A stretch of 64,000 nucleotides of DNA from Lama glama (GCA_028534125.1 CM052816.1:85252001-85316000); one strand, 5' to 3'. Shown: positions 1 through 13,190, counted from the stretch's first letter. The notes: generated by a model from the sequence alone, not told the origin. Numbers and translations are program-made.

Positions 1-553
1 ATCCTTCTTTGATACTAGAGCAAATGTGATATGAAATCTAAGCATGATAAAATCCATCGGTCTGTCTTGTGCTTTGAATGACCTTTAATCAAACACAATT
101 TTTTTTCCTTGTTGTATTTTCTCATCACCCCTCCTTCCTAATCCTTAAGGCTTACTTTACATACTTGCGGTGCAACTGAGTGTGTATGATGCCTAGTCAC
201 TGTCACATGAGTGGATAATGCCATGATATGGCATTGATGATATAGGAATTCTTTCTACCCAGAACTAATTGCTAGGTCTGGGTAAAATAGCTCACCCAAC
301 GGAGGTTTTTGAAAACATTTACATAAACAGTTATGCTGGAATTACTTGGCTATGTGGCTGGGCTACAAGAAATCTGGAAAGCTCAGCCCCACGCTGAGAC
401 TGTGGACTCCACTCTTCTCATGCGGACTACCATTGGCAAACAGAGTGATTGCTCATAAAAGCAAGGAGTAGGGAGATGCAGCAATGTGCATTCACGAATA
501 CTCCCCTGGTTGAAACTTATGAATAACAAAAGTACCACTTATTTTGTGCACAT

Positions 554-572
554 TGTGTGTGTGTGTGTGTGT
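554..572. repeat. (TG)n microsatellite
   Basis: Direct: short perfect TG run. Confidence 0.9.
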
Positions 573-2091
573 TAGAACACCTATTTTTGCCAGTCCTTAA
601 ATCCAGTTCTGTATGGAACTGATTCAAGTAGGAAGGGAATGAATAATTATAACCCAAGGAGAAAAGGCACTCATGGTGAAAAACCTAAGTGTGTAGCCTC
701 TCTGAAATGTCCTTTATGCATTTGTACACGGCACTGTGATTATTTATTTGAAATGGCCTAAAACCTTTTATGAAATGTGGCAGGATGTATATATGGGAAG
801 AGTTATCTCCATCATTCTATAATGTAACAGTTTTGTATTTATTTAGAAAAGGAAATCAGAAGTCATTTATGCTTTTTAAAACCCAGTCATAGCTTAATAA
901 CATTAAACATTGTTATGTTTTTTCTCCCTCAGATGTAATTTTATCTGTTTAAAAATATATAAACTACACATATTTTATATGGGAAATTTAGTTTCTTCTA
1001 GAGAAAATTCAAAAACCTGTTTCTTAGGTTAGAACTCTAAGTGGGTAGCTAGTGATATTCAATATTCCAAGATATTATTATAAATGATAATCTAAAAGAT
1101 ACAGTGAAATTGAATTTTGACCTCTTATTCACCTCTCAATAAAAATGATAAAAGACCATGGGGACTAGGGGATTTAAACTAAAGGAAAAGGTTCAATAAA
1201 ATTACGTAGACTTTTTTCAGTGTATCTTTATGCCTGTGCTAAACTGTATTAAAGATCTTTTTTTTCCTTATCCTTTGACAAAAAGCTCTTTACATTATTA
1301 TACAAATCAAAACCTTTAATAATCATTTCAGGTTAATACCTTTGAAAAAATTTATTTAGCTTTCCAAAGTTTTAACTATGTTTTTAGTTTAAATCACTTC
1401 AGTAATTCTTGAAATAACTAGTGAATGATTACACTTTGAGAATTTTTATTTATTTTTTTCTAATCTAGTTCAAATATTTTATATTTTTGAGTCTTAGTGA
1501 TTATTCTTTTCAGTTTTTCTTAAGCATTCCAGTTGCTTATTTCTTCATATCAGAAATATTAGTATGAATATTTTTAAACAAATTAATACAGTCAATTGAC
1601 ACTAAAGCAGTTCTAACTTTTGATGCTCCTTGTATCCTAGGTCATTGAACATATACATATGTGTGTATATATTAATATGCATACATACATTTTTTGCATC
1701 ACTAAACATACATTTATATTTTAAAGCTACATATACTTAAATTTTGAAGGCTGAATTCAATGTGGAAAGAATAAAAAGTTATAAAAGCATGCCCTCCAAA
1801 TGATGCTTTAGCTCAAAAAGTCATATTGGCTTGTGGGCTGACTTCATCTCATATATATACTTTGTTTGATTTAGTTATTAACATTTTAAATGGGGACACT
1901 TTATTTCCATACTCCATAGGTTGAAGTTTTGACTTTCGTTCTCTGGCTCATTGATGAGAAAAGTTGGAGATGTGGGGAAGAAGTCGTTTTCACACTGTTT
2001 AAAGAAAATAAATATTTCAATGTGCCAGTAGAGAAAGTTTCTGTAATTTAGGGCTGATTAAAAAAAAAACGGTTAAGATGTGTTATAAACC

Positions 2092-2456
2092 TATCATGGT
2101 CTGCTCATGCTGCTGTAAAAAAACATTATAGACTGTTTGACTTACAAACAGCGGACGTTTATTTCTCATAATTCTGGAGGATGGGAAGTTCAGGATCAAG
2201 GTGCAGGCCTGTTTACTTTCTGGTGAGAGATCTCTTCCTGCCTTGCAGAGGGCAGTTTTCTTGGTGTGTACTCACGTATCAGAGAGATCTCCTTCTTTTC
2301 TTATAAGGATATTAATTTCTTTTCTGGGGGCTCTACCCTCATGACTTCATCTAAACCTAAATGCTTCCCAAAGGCCCCCCTTCCTAATACTGTCACATTG
2401 GGAATTAGGGTTTCAACATATGAATTTGGGGGCATACAAATATTCGGTATATAACA
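2092..2456 (-). mobile_element. MaLR solo LTR, MLT1A-like
   Basis: Typical MLT1A antisense motifs: tttatttctcataattctggagg...gatcaaggtg...ctctaccctcatgacttcatctaaacctaa...gggaattagggtttcaacatatgaattt...ataaca. Confidence 0.85.
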
Positions 2457-3469
2457 CAGTACTCAAAAAAACCTCCCTCCCTTTCTCTTCCTTAATATCA
2501 TAAGAAGCAATGTAAAAGGGTTTTCTTAAAAACCTTCAGAATAGGAGATACTTCATATCACTCAAAATGACTGTGAAGATGTGATCTTACTGAAAACAAA
2601 TTATTTAAATTTGAAATTTCCTCTTACTTTCTCTGCAGCTCTGTATGTCATGTAGAAGCAATGAGCCCAATTATCACCCTCTAAATCGAGTTTAGAAATA
2701 AACAAGGGAATGAGAAGTAACAGAAATCAGGTTTCATGAAGTGAGAACCATGGAAGTGAGAAGTAAAGGAAAATGGCTTCCCTAAATTGAACGATTTACA
2801 ATGCTCATATTTTTCTAGGATAGTATAGGTTCTCATCCCTCGTAACAAGCAACCTTGAAATCGGCATCATACTTCCATAGTATTCCAAAGTTTAGCTGCT
2901 CCTACACTTGGAGGAAATTATGAAATCTGCTCTTCCCATCATTTATCAATCTGCTCTTAGGAGAAAAAGCTGGTGTGGAGCACTGCCGGAGTGGTAACAG
3001 AAGAGGGTCTTCACACTTGCCTCACCTTGTTTCATCCCCCTCAGTGAATGCAGAAAGAGCATTCTCATAAAATCGCATCGCATCATGTTGAGCCTACACA
3101 TTGCTTTCAGGGTCAAGAAGAGAATCTTCTGCTGACCCCACTGACCCTCCACAGGTTCCCCTGTGGAAATGGCATCATCTGATGCGATTGATGGCATCAG
3201 ACTGTTGCAATATCTGTGTTGCATATTGTTGTCACTAAATCGGCAATGCTCCAAGAATCACTTGCATCAAGAAGGAAAATTGGTAAATGCGCGTAGTCAA
3301 AGTGGTTTTTGGAAAGTCATTTTCCTTTGACGAAGTTAAATTTAAAGCTCCTTTGCCTCTATTAGGAAAATTCTGAGAAACAGCTGTAGGGTAAATCCCT
3401 GTGACTTTACCAAATGTCACACTATAGAGGGGAAGATGACAGAAGCGGCAATAAATAGCACAAACAATT

Positions 3470-3630
3470 GAGAAGCATTTTATGTGTACGATCTGGTTTA
3501 ATCTTCTTAACCAGTTTGTAAACTGAAAATTACTGTTCTTTTACAAGGATGAAAACTGAGACTTTACAGTTACGTAAGTAACTTCAACAAAAGTATAAAT
3601 CTAGCAAAGGCCGAGAAAACATCCTGGTTT
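3470..3630 (-). mobile_element. MIR SINE fragment
   Basis: MIR core-like ttacaaggatgaaaactgagact...gtaagtaactt...aaatctag. Confidence 0.6.
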
Positions 3631-4853
3631 TATTTCATTTCAAAAACATTTTCTCCTGGTGACTTGACTATCCTTCCTTTTAGAAAATGTGAAGTTGATG
3701 ATACTTCTCAGTGGACAAGATATTCTTAGTACATTAAGTTATTGATCCAGTAACCTTCAAAATCACATCAGAATTTTCTTACTTTTTTTTCTTTTTTTCC
3801 TTCTAATTGACTCTGGGTGTCCTGTTCATAGTCCAGATATTTACAAACTCAGACCCTCTTCCTTCTCTGTCTCCTCCTTCACTTCTTCCTCCTATACTTC
3901 CTTCTCTTCTTTCTGGGCCTTTAAAAAAAAAAGTCCTTATTTTAAGGAACTATATGACACAGGGATTTCATTTACTTACCTCAGGGGGTTTATTTCTACA
4001 TTCAGTCCTGGGCAAAACTTTTTTCCCTTCTCTGTTTTGTTCAGTGTAAGTAATCTAAAGTAGAATGTTTTCCACTTACAGGCTGGGGAAGTGCAGAATC
4101 AGTGCAATGCATTTAGAACTAAACTTTCAAAAATTATTATTTAAATGGAGCTCTGTACTCTTATTCCCCTTGCTTTTTATACCAAAATAGAATAATTTAC
4201 ATATGTTTAATTGAGTTATTTAAGTAACAACTTCCCTGTCTTTGTAGGATTGTTCTCTCTTTAATTTGTTATAATGATTACAATCAGTATAGTTAGGTGA
4301 GAGACTTTAATTGAAGAGATATATAATCAATTTTATGAATATAGGAAACACTAACCTCCTCAATACTTAAAAACATACAAAGCTGGCATTTATCGTATTA
4401 GAAGACATGTTAGACCCTACATTCCTAGGCTGATAAGCTAAGTGTTGAATATATATATAGTAGAGTCTCTCAAGAGTGTTATAAGTGGAGTTAAAGCAAC
4501 AGTGAGCAAACTGTGAGATTAAGGGAAATGAATAGAGCAGTCCTAACTGACGGCTCACTAGCTGATTGCAAATTCTGGGATACAGGAAGCAAGCATGCAA
4601 TTATAGTGGTTCCTTATTACTTGATTCCACTGTATCCTTACTATAGGTGTAATTTTGACATATCTAAACAATTTAGCCAATTCTACCAGTAGAGATGTTT
4701 ACATACAAGCAAATAAAACTGTTTACCAGTACACAAAATTGACAGAGTCATTTTATTTCAGTTTTAGCATCATCGTTTCTCCATTCATTTCTCTCTACAG
4801 GTATTTTCAGAATCACATGTGTAATCTTTCATTTTTCCCCAATGGCCTGTCTT

Positions 4854-4856
<3 letters not shown>

Positions 4857-4915
<59 letters not shown>
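4857..4915. repeat. (CA)n microsatellite, ~29 units
   Basis: Direct: perfect AC run. Confidence 0.97.
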
Positions 4916-4918
<3 letters not shown>

Positions 4919-6189
4919 CTATATCTCAGAATCTCCCTATTTTATATGACTCTATTAAGTTAGAGTTAGCATAAGAATTACAAATCTATTTTTTCTTAAT
5001 CTTCTGGTGTGATGGTTTATTTATACTGCCTCGTATGTAGCTATTGTATAAATGGTAGAAATTTGTCATTTTAAATCATAATTTACCATTTCTAACTTTG
5101 CTTCTTAATCAGTACTTTAAAGAGATGCTAAAATACTGAATACAGTCTCTCATTTCTGGGTGAATTAATTCAGAACTTTTTTGCATTTCTAGGACAATCA
5201 TAATGTGCAGCCAAAATAGAGAACCGCTGGTAGCTCAAGAGACCAGAAAGAACAATTTATCTGAAGCCTTATTCCTAAGTGCCTGGTGTCTTTCTTTGAT
5301 AACAGATAACTATCTAGGTTTTCTGATACTCATTTCCTTCAAGCTGTGCCACTCATGTAATAGAAAAACAAAAGTCTCATTTAGCCCAAATCTCTATTAT
5401 TCTACTCCTATAAGAAGAGAGAAAATTGAGAGTTTGACCCAAATGTCTCCCTCCACAAAGCTAAGAGGTTTTTCTTAAATGGTAATACCAAAAGTTAGCA
5501 TGGTAGAAGATTTATATGAGAATAGTTCTCACATCTCATCACCTTCTTTTCTTTCTAGCGCTAGTTCCTTGAAATGAAACACATCTGGATCTGGAATACT
5601 TCTGAAAATAGTGCATATGTGTAGGGATTTTTGCTTAGTAATGTATTAGTTAGTAATTTATCTGTATTAAATTGAGGATCAGTAAGCTGTGACCAGGGCT
5701 GAGTCCATCTCATCATCTGTTTCCTGTTTCCCATCTAAGTCACCCATGATTACCTGAGTGAGATATAGTTGGCCTGACTAGCTGTTTAAGTAGAAGCATG
5801 GAACACTTTTATAATCATTGAGATGCATGGAATTAACACTTAAATTCCAGTTTCCAGAGGTCTTCACTTAGACTCCTGCAGAATTTGGGGAAGAGTACTT
5901 TCTTATTATTACTATTTTATTACTAGAGTCTCATGAAAAACAGAGCATCTAGGAGAATTCTGTGTGAGTACATTCTTGCCAATCTTTTGTAATAATTTTA
6001 ATATGCCATTCAATCAAATGAACTATAATATGCTATTTATCCAAATGAATTATAACATGCCTTATTACAAAGGAGTTGTGAATAACTGAGGTTTAATTAT
6101 TATAGTGACAAACGTAGCTAAGATTAATGAAGTTTTAATTCATGCCTTGAGTAACAAAGCAGCAGGCCTTCAACAGTTATTAAAAGTCA

Positions 6190-6483
6190 TTGACTCACGA
6201 AAATGAAATGTAATGTGAGACCCCAAATTAGATCATGGAACAGAAAAAAGATTTCAGTGGAAAAAATAGGTGAATTCCGAATAAAGTCTTCGGTTTAGTT
6301 CATAGTCTGCCATCAGTGTTATTTATTTGTTTGTTTGTTTGTTTTTAGTTTTGATCATTACTCTTTGGTTATATAAGATATTAACCATAGGAAATCCGGG
6401 CGAAGGGTGTTTGGAACTCTATACATTTTTGTAACTCTTACGTAAATCTCAAATGATTTCAAACTAACAAGTTAAAAAAAAAA
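6190..6483 (+). mobile_element. Old L1 3' end (L1MC/L1MD-like) with poly(A)
   Basis: aaatgtaatgtg...agatcatggaacagaaaaaaga...gtggaaaaa...ggaactctatac...gtaaatct...aaaaaaaaaa matches the L1M 3' UTR pattern. Confidence 0.75.
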
Positions 6484-7106
6484 GTTGTTGCAGTTAGATT
6501 CCATTTTTGGACCGCTCTAAAAGTAAAGAAAAAAAAGTTTTTACACTGAGCTATTATTTGTTTTCCTGAAGCCTCCACCCATACATTCTAATCTATCTCT
6601 TGAGAAACTATAGAACACAGTTCATCCCTTCCCTGTGATGGATATTTTCAGATATTTGAATGGATTTACCACATCGCCAAAATATTAACTTTTCCAAGTT
6701 AAACACTCGCTAGTCTTCAGCTTTTTATCATGTAAAAGGTTTTAATACCTTCATCATCCAGTTACTTTCTCTCTAAAAGTGAAGGTACAGGATCTGCTTT
6801 GTCCTGAGGGCTGTCCTGACAGCAGTGCCTCTTGGCAGGTGCAGACACACTTGACAGAAACAGAACCTGATACAGACCTTCAATGGCTAAGCCTACCAGC
6901 AGTGTCTCCATGAGCTGTCAAACTCTCCTAGAGACAGGCGTTCCTGGCAGCTTGTGAAACTTACAGTGACAGATCTTATTAATGTTAGCAGGTAATGTAA
7001 GTAGCAATTTCTAGGAGTATTCAGGGCTTTTCAAAATTTCCTTGGGGTAACTGGTATTTCTGAGTAGATTTTCTCCTCACCATTGCTATAATATACCTGG
7101 TCAGAG

Positions 7107-7180
7107 GTTTCTTGGATATTCATGTGGCTATAAAATCCACTGTTTCTTGGATATTCACGTGGCTATAAAATCCACTGTTT
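7107..7180. repeat. 35-bp tandem duplication (2 copies, 1 mismatch)
   Basis: gtttcttggatattcaYgtggctataaaatccact at 7107-7141 and 7142-7176, followed by gttt. Confidence 0.95.
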
Positions 7181-7580
7181 TAATCTACTCAGGCTGCGTA
7201 ACAGCATTAATATAGACTGTGTGGCTTGAGCAATAGAAGTTTATTTCTCATAGTATTTGAGACTAGAAAGTCCAAGATCAAAATGCCAGCCAATTTGGTT
7301 CTGGTTATACCTCTCTTCCTAGCTTGTGGATTTCTGCCTTCTCACTGTGTCCTCATACAGCATTTCCTTGGTCCTTGCACCAGGAGAGAGGGCTCTGGTA
7401 TCTTTGTCTCCTAATAAAAGCGTAGTTATATCAGATCTGGGTTCCAACTTTAGGCCTCACCTTAATCACCTTTTTTCTTTAAAGCCTTATCTCCGGTAAG
7501 GTTACATAGGGAGCTGGAGAGGGTGTGGGGAAGGGCTATACATATGAATCTAGGCAGGGACCAGAGTTCGTCCCATAGCA
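7176..7580 (-). mobile_element. MaLR LTR (MLT1A/B-like), 3' LTR of the element
   Basis: caggctgcgtaaca...agactgtgtggctt...aagtttatttctcatag...aagtccaagatcaa...cccatagca; tg...ca termini. Confidence 0.8.
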
Positions 7581-8533
7581 TTCTTCCCTGAGCCACCAAG
7601 ATGCATGTTTTTCTTGCATGCAGCATACATTTGTTCCATCCTAACATCTCCAAAAAAATTTAGCTCATCCCAGTGTCAACTCTAAAATGTGTCAACTAAA
7701 TTGAAGCATGATATATCCTGAGGAAAACTTTGTCTCCATCTGTGAACCTGTGAAACCAGACAAGTTATGTACTTCCAAACTAAAATGGTGGACATACATA
7801 AGATAGACCTTCTCATTCAGAAAGGAAGGAGTCATGAGTGCCAAGCAAGTCCAATTCCTAACAAGGCAAATTCCATTAGGTTTTAAGGCTTGATCTTAAG
7901 GATTAATAATCCTCTTGAATTCAATACCCTGCCCTCCAGGCTCAGGGCAGTGGCAGACTTATCCCTCTGGCTCTGTGGGTGGTCCTGCCGCTTCATTTCT
8001 TACAAGGGCAGCCCTACCTGTGAGGCACAGGGCAGGATCATCCTGGCTCCTTGAAGCCACAGGGGCAGCCCTATACTCTGAAACCAGCAAAGAAACACCG
8101 TTGCTCCCTAGGCCAATGGTGAGAGTGGCAGCTCTGATGATCTCTGAATCACCTTTTGGGTCATTTATTCTTCCCTTTCCTTGAAGAATGGCACACATAT
8201 GTAGCAAAATAGCTCTATGTTCCGGTCCTACAGAATTCAAGGAGTCCAACAGCCTTCCTTCGTTTCATCCTCCTTTTTCCTGTCTCCTTTAGTTCAAACT
8301 GGCTGTGTCCTTGTTGGTATCTCATCTTTATTCCTGGTTTCTGCAGAGATACCTGATTAAGTCCATGATTTATACCCATGATCTCTTAATCAAATGGTTG
8401 TTCAGCCACACCCTTAGTGAAGAACAAGCTTTCTCATTTTATGTTTTTCTAGCCTCTACCCATTACCTAGTTCCAAAGTTCCCACATGTTTAGATATTTA
8501 TTACAGCAGCACTCTACCTCTCTGCTCCAAAAT
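7581..8533 (-). mobile_element. MLT1 internal region (deleted derivative)
   Basis: Minus strand begins aattttggagcagagaggtagagtgctgctgtaataaatatctaaacatgtgggaactttggaactaggtaatgggtagaggctagaaa, the MLT1-int PBS/leader. The left end abuts the MLT1 LTR. Confidence 0.8.
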
Positions 8534-9031
8534 TAATGTCAGGCTTGTCCAGAGAAATAATCCCAACAGAATGCATTCATGTGTGTGTGTGTATATATAC
8601 ACACATATATATATTATGAAGAATTGGCTCATGTGATGATGGAGAGATCTCATTTGGCAAGCTGGAGACCCAGGAATCTGATGATGTAGATTCAACTATG
8701 AAAGCTGGCAGTCTTAAAATCCAACAGCCAATGTTTCAGTTTAAGTTCAAAGGCAGGAAAAGACAAATGTCTCATCTCAAACAGTCAGGCAGGAGGAGTT
8801 AGTTCCCTCTTACTTTCAGGAAGGCTAGCCTTTTTTTTCCCTATTCAGACCTTCAGCTGATTCCATGCAAGCCAACCATATTAGGGAGGGAAATCTGCTT
8901 TACTCAGTCTATGAATTCAAATGTTACTGTCATCCAAAAACACTCTCACAGAAGCACCCAGAATAATGTTCGACCAAATATCTGTGTATTTCATGGCCCA
9001 GTCAAGTTTACGCATAAAATTAACCATTGCA
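8534..9031 (-). mobile_element. ERV-L LTR, MLT2B-like
   Basis: tccagagaaa...gaattggctcatgtgat...gcaagctggagacccagga...ggagggaaatctgctttactcagtcta...cacccagaataatgtt...ggcccagtcaagtt...aaaattaaccattgca. Confidence 0.85.
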
Positions 9032-9739
9032 CCCATGTAGTCAAAATTTTGTGAGATACTGTTCTAAGTAGAGTGGCCATGGCTTACCATTAGCACTTTC
9101 TCGGGGAAAAAAATACAAATATTACAAACAACTTGTAAATGGTTCCAATTTCAAAGGCTGCTTCCAGTAGAGTTCCTGCTGTGTTTTCTAGTGGCCACCA
9201 CAGTGAGGCTCATTTGTTTGTAAGAAATTGCATTAGGAAAGCAATACTCTCTATGTAACAGCATCTTAGCTGCCATTTAAGTATTTTTTGGGAGGGATCA
9301 TTGAATCACCCTGGGCTCAGTGGAACAAGTGTTCCCAAATTGATGCCCTTCCAAAGTTTGTAGTAAAGTATATCTAAATCTCTCATGGGGAGTTTGAACT
9401 CAGGTTAACTAGATGAATTGGTAAGAATCCCACTTTCTACATGACTGCTTCTAAATAAAAAGAATTATATTTAAGCATTAAATCATATTCTAAATAACAT
9501 TTTTGAGCATATTACAGTTTTCCAATTTAGACATACAAACTATCAGAGTAGTCAATCCTGTGTTGCATAGTTATTAAAAATTAATTTTTTTATAATTTTG
9601 CAGCACTTGAAAGTAACTTTATTTTTATAGTATAATCAGTAGATATCAATTACAGAATACTTCAAAGGAAAAAAAAATAGAAAAAAATATCCTGCCACCA
9701 CAGATGGGAAGTACTAATAACATTTTCTGTTATATACTT

Positions 9740-9748
9740 ACACACACC

Positions 9749-9779
<31 letters not shown>
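9740..9779. repeat. (CA)n microsatellite, imperfect
   Basis: Direct. Confidence 0.9.
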
Positions 9780-9899
9780 TTTTTAAAAACATTTAATTCT
9801 TTAAACTGAGTATTTAGTTTTGCTTCATGTGTATGATTCATATCATTTAATGATTCCTTTTAATTTTAAATGTTTCACTAATTTCCTTTAAATACATTA

Positions 9900-12800
9900 T
9901 GAAACACTTTAGGCTTAAAAAAGCTATAAAGAAGAGGGTAATAATTAGTCAACACTCTGGTTATTTCTGTAAAATTTAAATAATTAAATAATTGATTATT
10001 ACTCTACAATCATATCACTTTTCTCTAATCTGAAAAGTAAACCCTATCTTTAATTTTCGTCAATAATCCCAGTGGTTTTCCTTATACTGTTATTATTGGT
10101 GCATGCATTCTAACTATAAATATTTTCTTTTTATATCTTTCTTTAGGAAAAGATGAGAAATTCTTACTCTTCTTGTCTTTGGCTGGTTTTGAAGATACAT
10201 GCTCTGTTACAATTTATCACTTTTCCCCACAAAATGTTAAAATGCACGTTAAACTTGCAAAGACTAAAAAGTTTCCAGAAGTTTAGCTTTCATTATACTT
10301 CTCACATTCTGGTATAGATGATATTGCTGTCTAGTATTTAGGTCCCATTTTGTATTTTGAATTTCACCTTAAAACATTACATGGCCCTTCCTGTTGTATA
10401 TGCTATTACAGTGTCAACTTAGATTTACCGGTATAGCTCTTCACGTTGTACCTCAACTTACCTTCTTCTACTTCAGACTTTTCTTCTAAGCAAATTTGTG
10501 TCCTACATCAAGTACATTTTTGTTTGAAGCCTCTGCAATCAGAGCTTGAAATAAGGATCAGACGCAGCAGTTTTGGAGACTATACCAGAGAATAGGCCAA
10601 GAGAGTTAGAAAAGGATCAAGATGGTAGAAGACCCCTCGGAATGTCTGGTTGGTTATCCATCAGCTACTATCACTCTTATTTGAGGGTGGACTCTGGAGA
10701 TATTCATTTCTGGGCTTGTTTGCCTTTATATCCAGAGAACTCTGTGGAGAGTGCCTGGAGGAAGAAAGCAGAAAGCAATAAGGCCGACAAGGGAGCTTGA
10801 GTGCACAGGAAACTGTTCAGTCTGGGTCTGGCTGAAATCAGAGGTGGACTATAGCTCTGTCAAGAACCTCTGAAGATACTTCAGTAACATAACTTAGACA
10901 TTCCTCTGGTTGGTGTTAATGGGTCACAATTAAATCTTTGTTTTTCTGGAAATATCCATTTATATCCATGATTAAAATAACCTTGCTGAGAATTCGATTC
11001 AGTATTCAACAGCTTATCTCAAAACTGTAGAGACAAGCAGATGTCATTTATCTTTCATGGTTGAGGTGAGGAATCTACTAGTAGTCTACCTGGCATTCCA
11101 TTTGATGTAATCTTTCTTTCTTTCTCTTTGGCTGTATTTAAGATATTCTCTTTTACATCATGATTTTGACATTTCCATGCATCTAGTGTGCATTTCTTGT
11201 GCTTGCTTGTCTGACTTCATTGTGGTTCTGGAATTAGGAGATGCTTGACTTTAACATTTTTGGAATTTTATCATTTATAAAATCTTTGAATGCTACCAAT
11301 CCCATGTTGTCTCTATTCCTTTGTCTGCAACTAAAATTAATGTATTTTTGGACTTTCTCATTTTAATCTGTGCAACTTACTTTTTAAATATTTTCTATAT
11401 TTTTAATTCCAAAATTAATACTATACAATTTCTTCAGATGTGCATTTTCAGCTAGGTAATCTCATCTTACTGTGTATTCAAATTGCAATTTAACTCAATT
11501 TAAACTTTATTTTTTATATTTTGTTTTTATTTTAAGGAATATTATTTAGTTTCAAACCAATCTATCTTGTGTTTATTGTTATCTTGTCTTTTGTTTATGC
11601 TTTTAATTTTTTAAAGAAGCAAACATATATTATTTAACTGATGATTCTATTAACCAAAGTTCTTGGGTTTTATTTTGCTATCATTTGATGTGACTCTCAG
11701 GTATGTAGAACTATGAAATGTATGTGCATTTTTGTGTATGTGTGCTTATTGTTATTGTATGTATATCTGTGTGTGATTGTTTTATGTGATGCAATCATTT
11801 AAAGCAAGGTTAAGGCTTCAAGCTATTAGAGATAATTTACATTTATTTTTGCCATATTCCTTGAAATTATTTATAAACACTTAGACCCTCTTAGAGGGCA
11901 CTCCCAAACAGTGAATAAATTCAAATACCGCTCCTGCATTTTGACAAAGGTGTGATTCCAAATTTTCAAGAAGAACTTTTTCTTTGCTTGATTTTTGTGT
12001 GTTTCTTTTTTTGTTTTGTTTTAGATTCTTTTCCACAACTAGCTCAGAACAAGCTAGGCATAGTATGTTTTATTGACTTAAATGAATTAAATAACACAGA
12101 ATTACAGCTTTTGAATATTCCATAGAATTCCTTGTGAAGCCAGTTGGCCCAGTTGTATTTCTGTGTGCTGGTTCTTTAAAAATTTTCTCTATTCTTCCTT
12201 TGGAAATTGATCTGTTTAAAAATATTATCTTTGGGCCTATTTTTAGAAAGTACATCCTTTTTGAAGTTATATATTTTAAAGTAATTTGAAAATATTTGCA
12301 TAAAGTTTTAGAAATAGATATTTTATAAATATACTAAATTATTCTCATTCCAATAATTATTTCTCCCTTGAAATTTCTTATACTTGTAATTATTTTTCTT
12401 TCATTAGGTTGGTGAATAATTTGTCAATTTTGTATATTTTTATATATATTTAGCATTTTCATCTATTTAAAAGCTCCATTATATGGGTATTTTAGGTGAC
12501 TAATTTTGACTTTTCATATTATTCCTTATTTCTACTTCATTTTGGTTTACTTTGTAGAGGTTTCACATAATTTTGAAATTGTTACTTAACCTATTTCTTT
12601 TTCATTCGCTCATTTTGCTTATAAGAATATTTAACACTACTATCTAACTTTATTTTGTCTCATAATTTCATGTATATTTTATATTTATTAACTTTAAAAA
12701 ATATTTTCCATTTATTTCTATTTCTTCTCTGACTTAAAGTGTTTAATTGAGTGGAAAATCCATTATTTTTTCTTACAAATGTCTCATGTTTTGCATTTTG

Positions 12801-12950
12801 AACATACACTGCGTTTTATTAGATTTACATTATGGTATCTATTGTGACTTTTTAACAAATGCTTGTATATAGATAATATGGCTTTTGTAAATGTTCATGT
12901 TTCCTGGAAAACAAGTCTTCTTTCTTTGTTATAAGGATACAAAGACATAT
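9900..12950 (-). mobile_element. Highly decayed ancient L1 fragments (L1M/L1ME-like)
   Basis: T-rich plus strand with antisense L1 motifs, e.g. tagaattccttgtgaagccagttggcccag (12123-12152). Boundaries approximate. Confidence 0.55.
10525..10880 (-). mobile_element. Old ERV-L type LTR fragment inserted in the L1
   Basis: GC-richer island with cagagcttgaaataaggatcagacgcagcagtttt, resembling antisense LTR16/LTR33/LTR41-group LTRs. Confidence 0.4.
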
Positions 12951-13190
12951 AGACATTAATGCAAATAAAAATAGAAATACATATATATGTGAAATATCTT
13001 GTCTATTATATTAAACTTATTTCATATTAAAACTTTTTCTGTGAATGAGGGAAACCAATTTTAGTATTCATATAGAAAAAAGAATAAGAATAAATAACAA
13101 AAATAATCTTGGTTAGTTGGTGTGCTATCATGAGAAGTTGGGAAGAAATTCTACTAGACAATAAAATACACATATATGATGAAGACCCCA

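Noticed and set aside
2946..3254. 102-aa minus-strand ORF
   Set aside because: No recognisable domain or convincing splice context; the region is reported as a structured non-coding candidate instead.
4775..4824. Acceptor ctctctacag|GTATTT giving VFSESHV* (PDZ-ligand-like) or a recursive site
   Set aside because: Isolated signal with no supporting partner exon; similar pseudo-acceptors occur at ~932, ~2639, ~2961 and ~5193.
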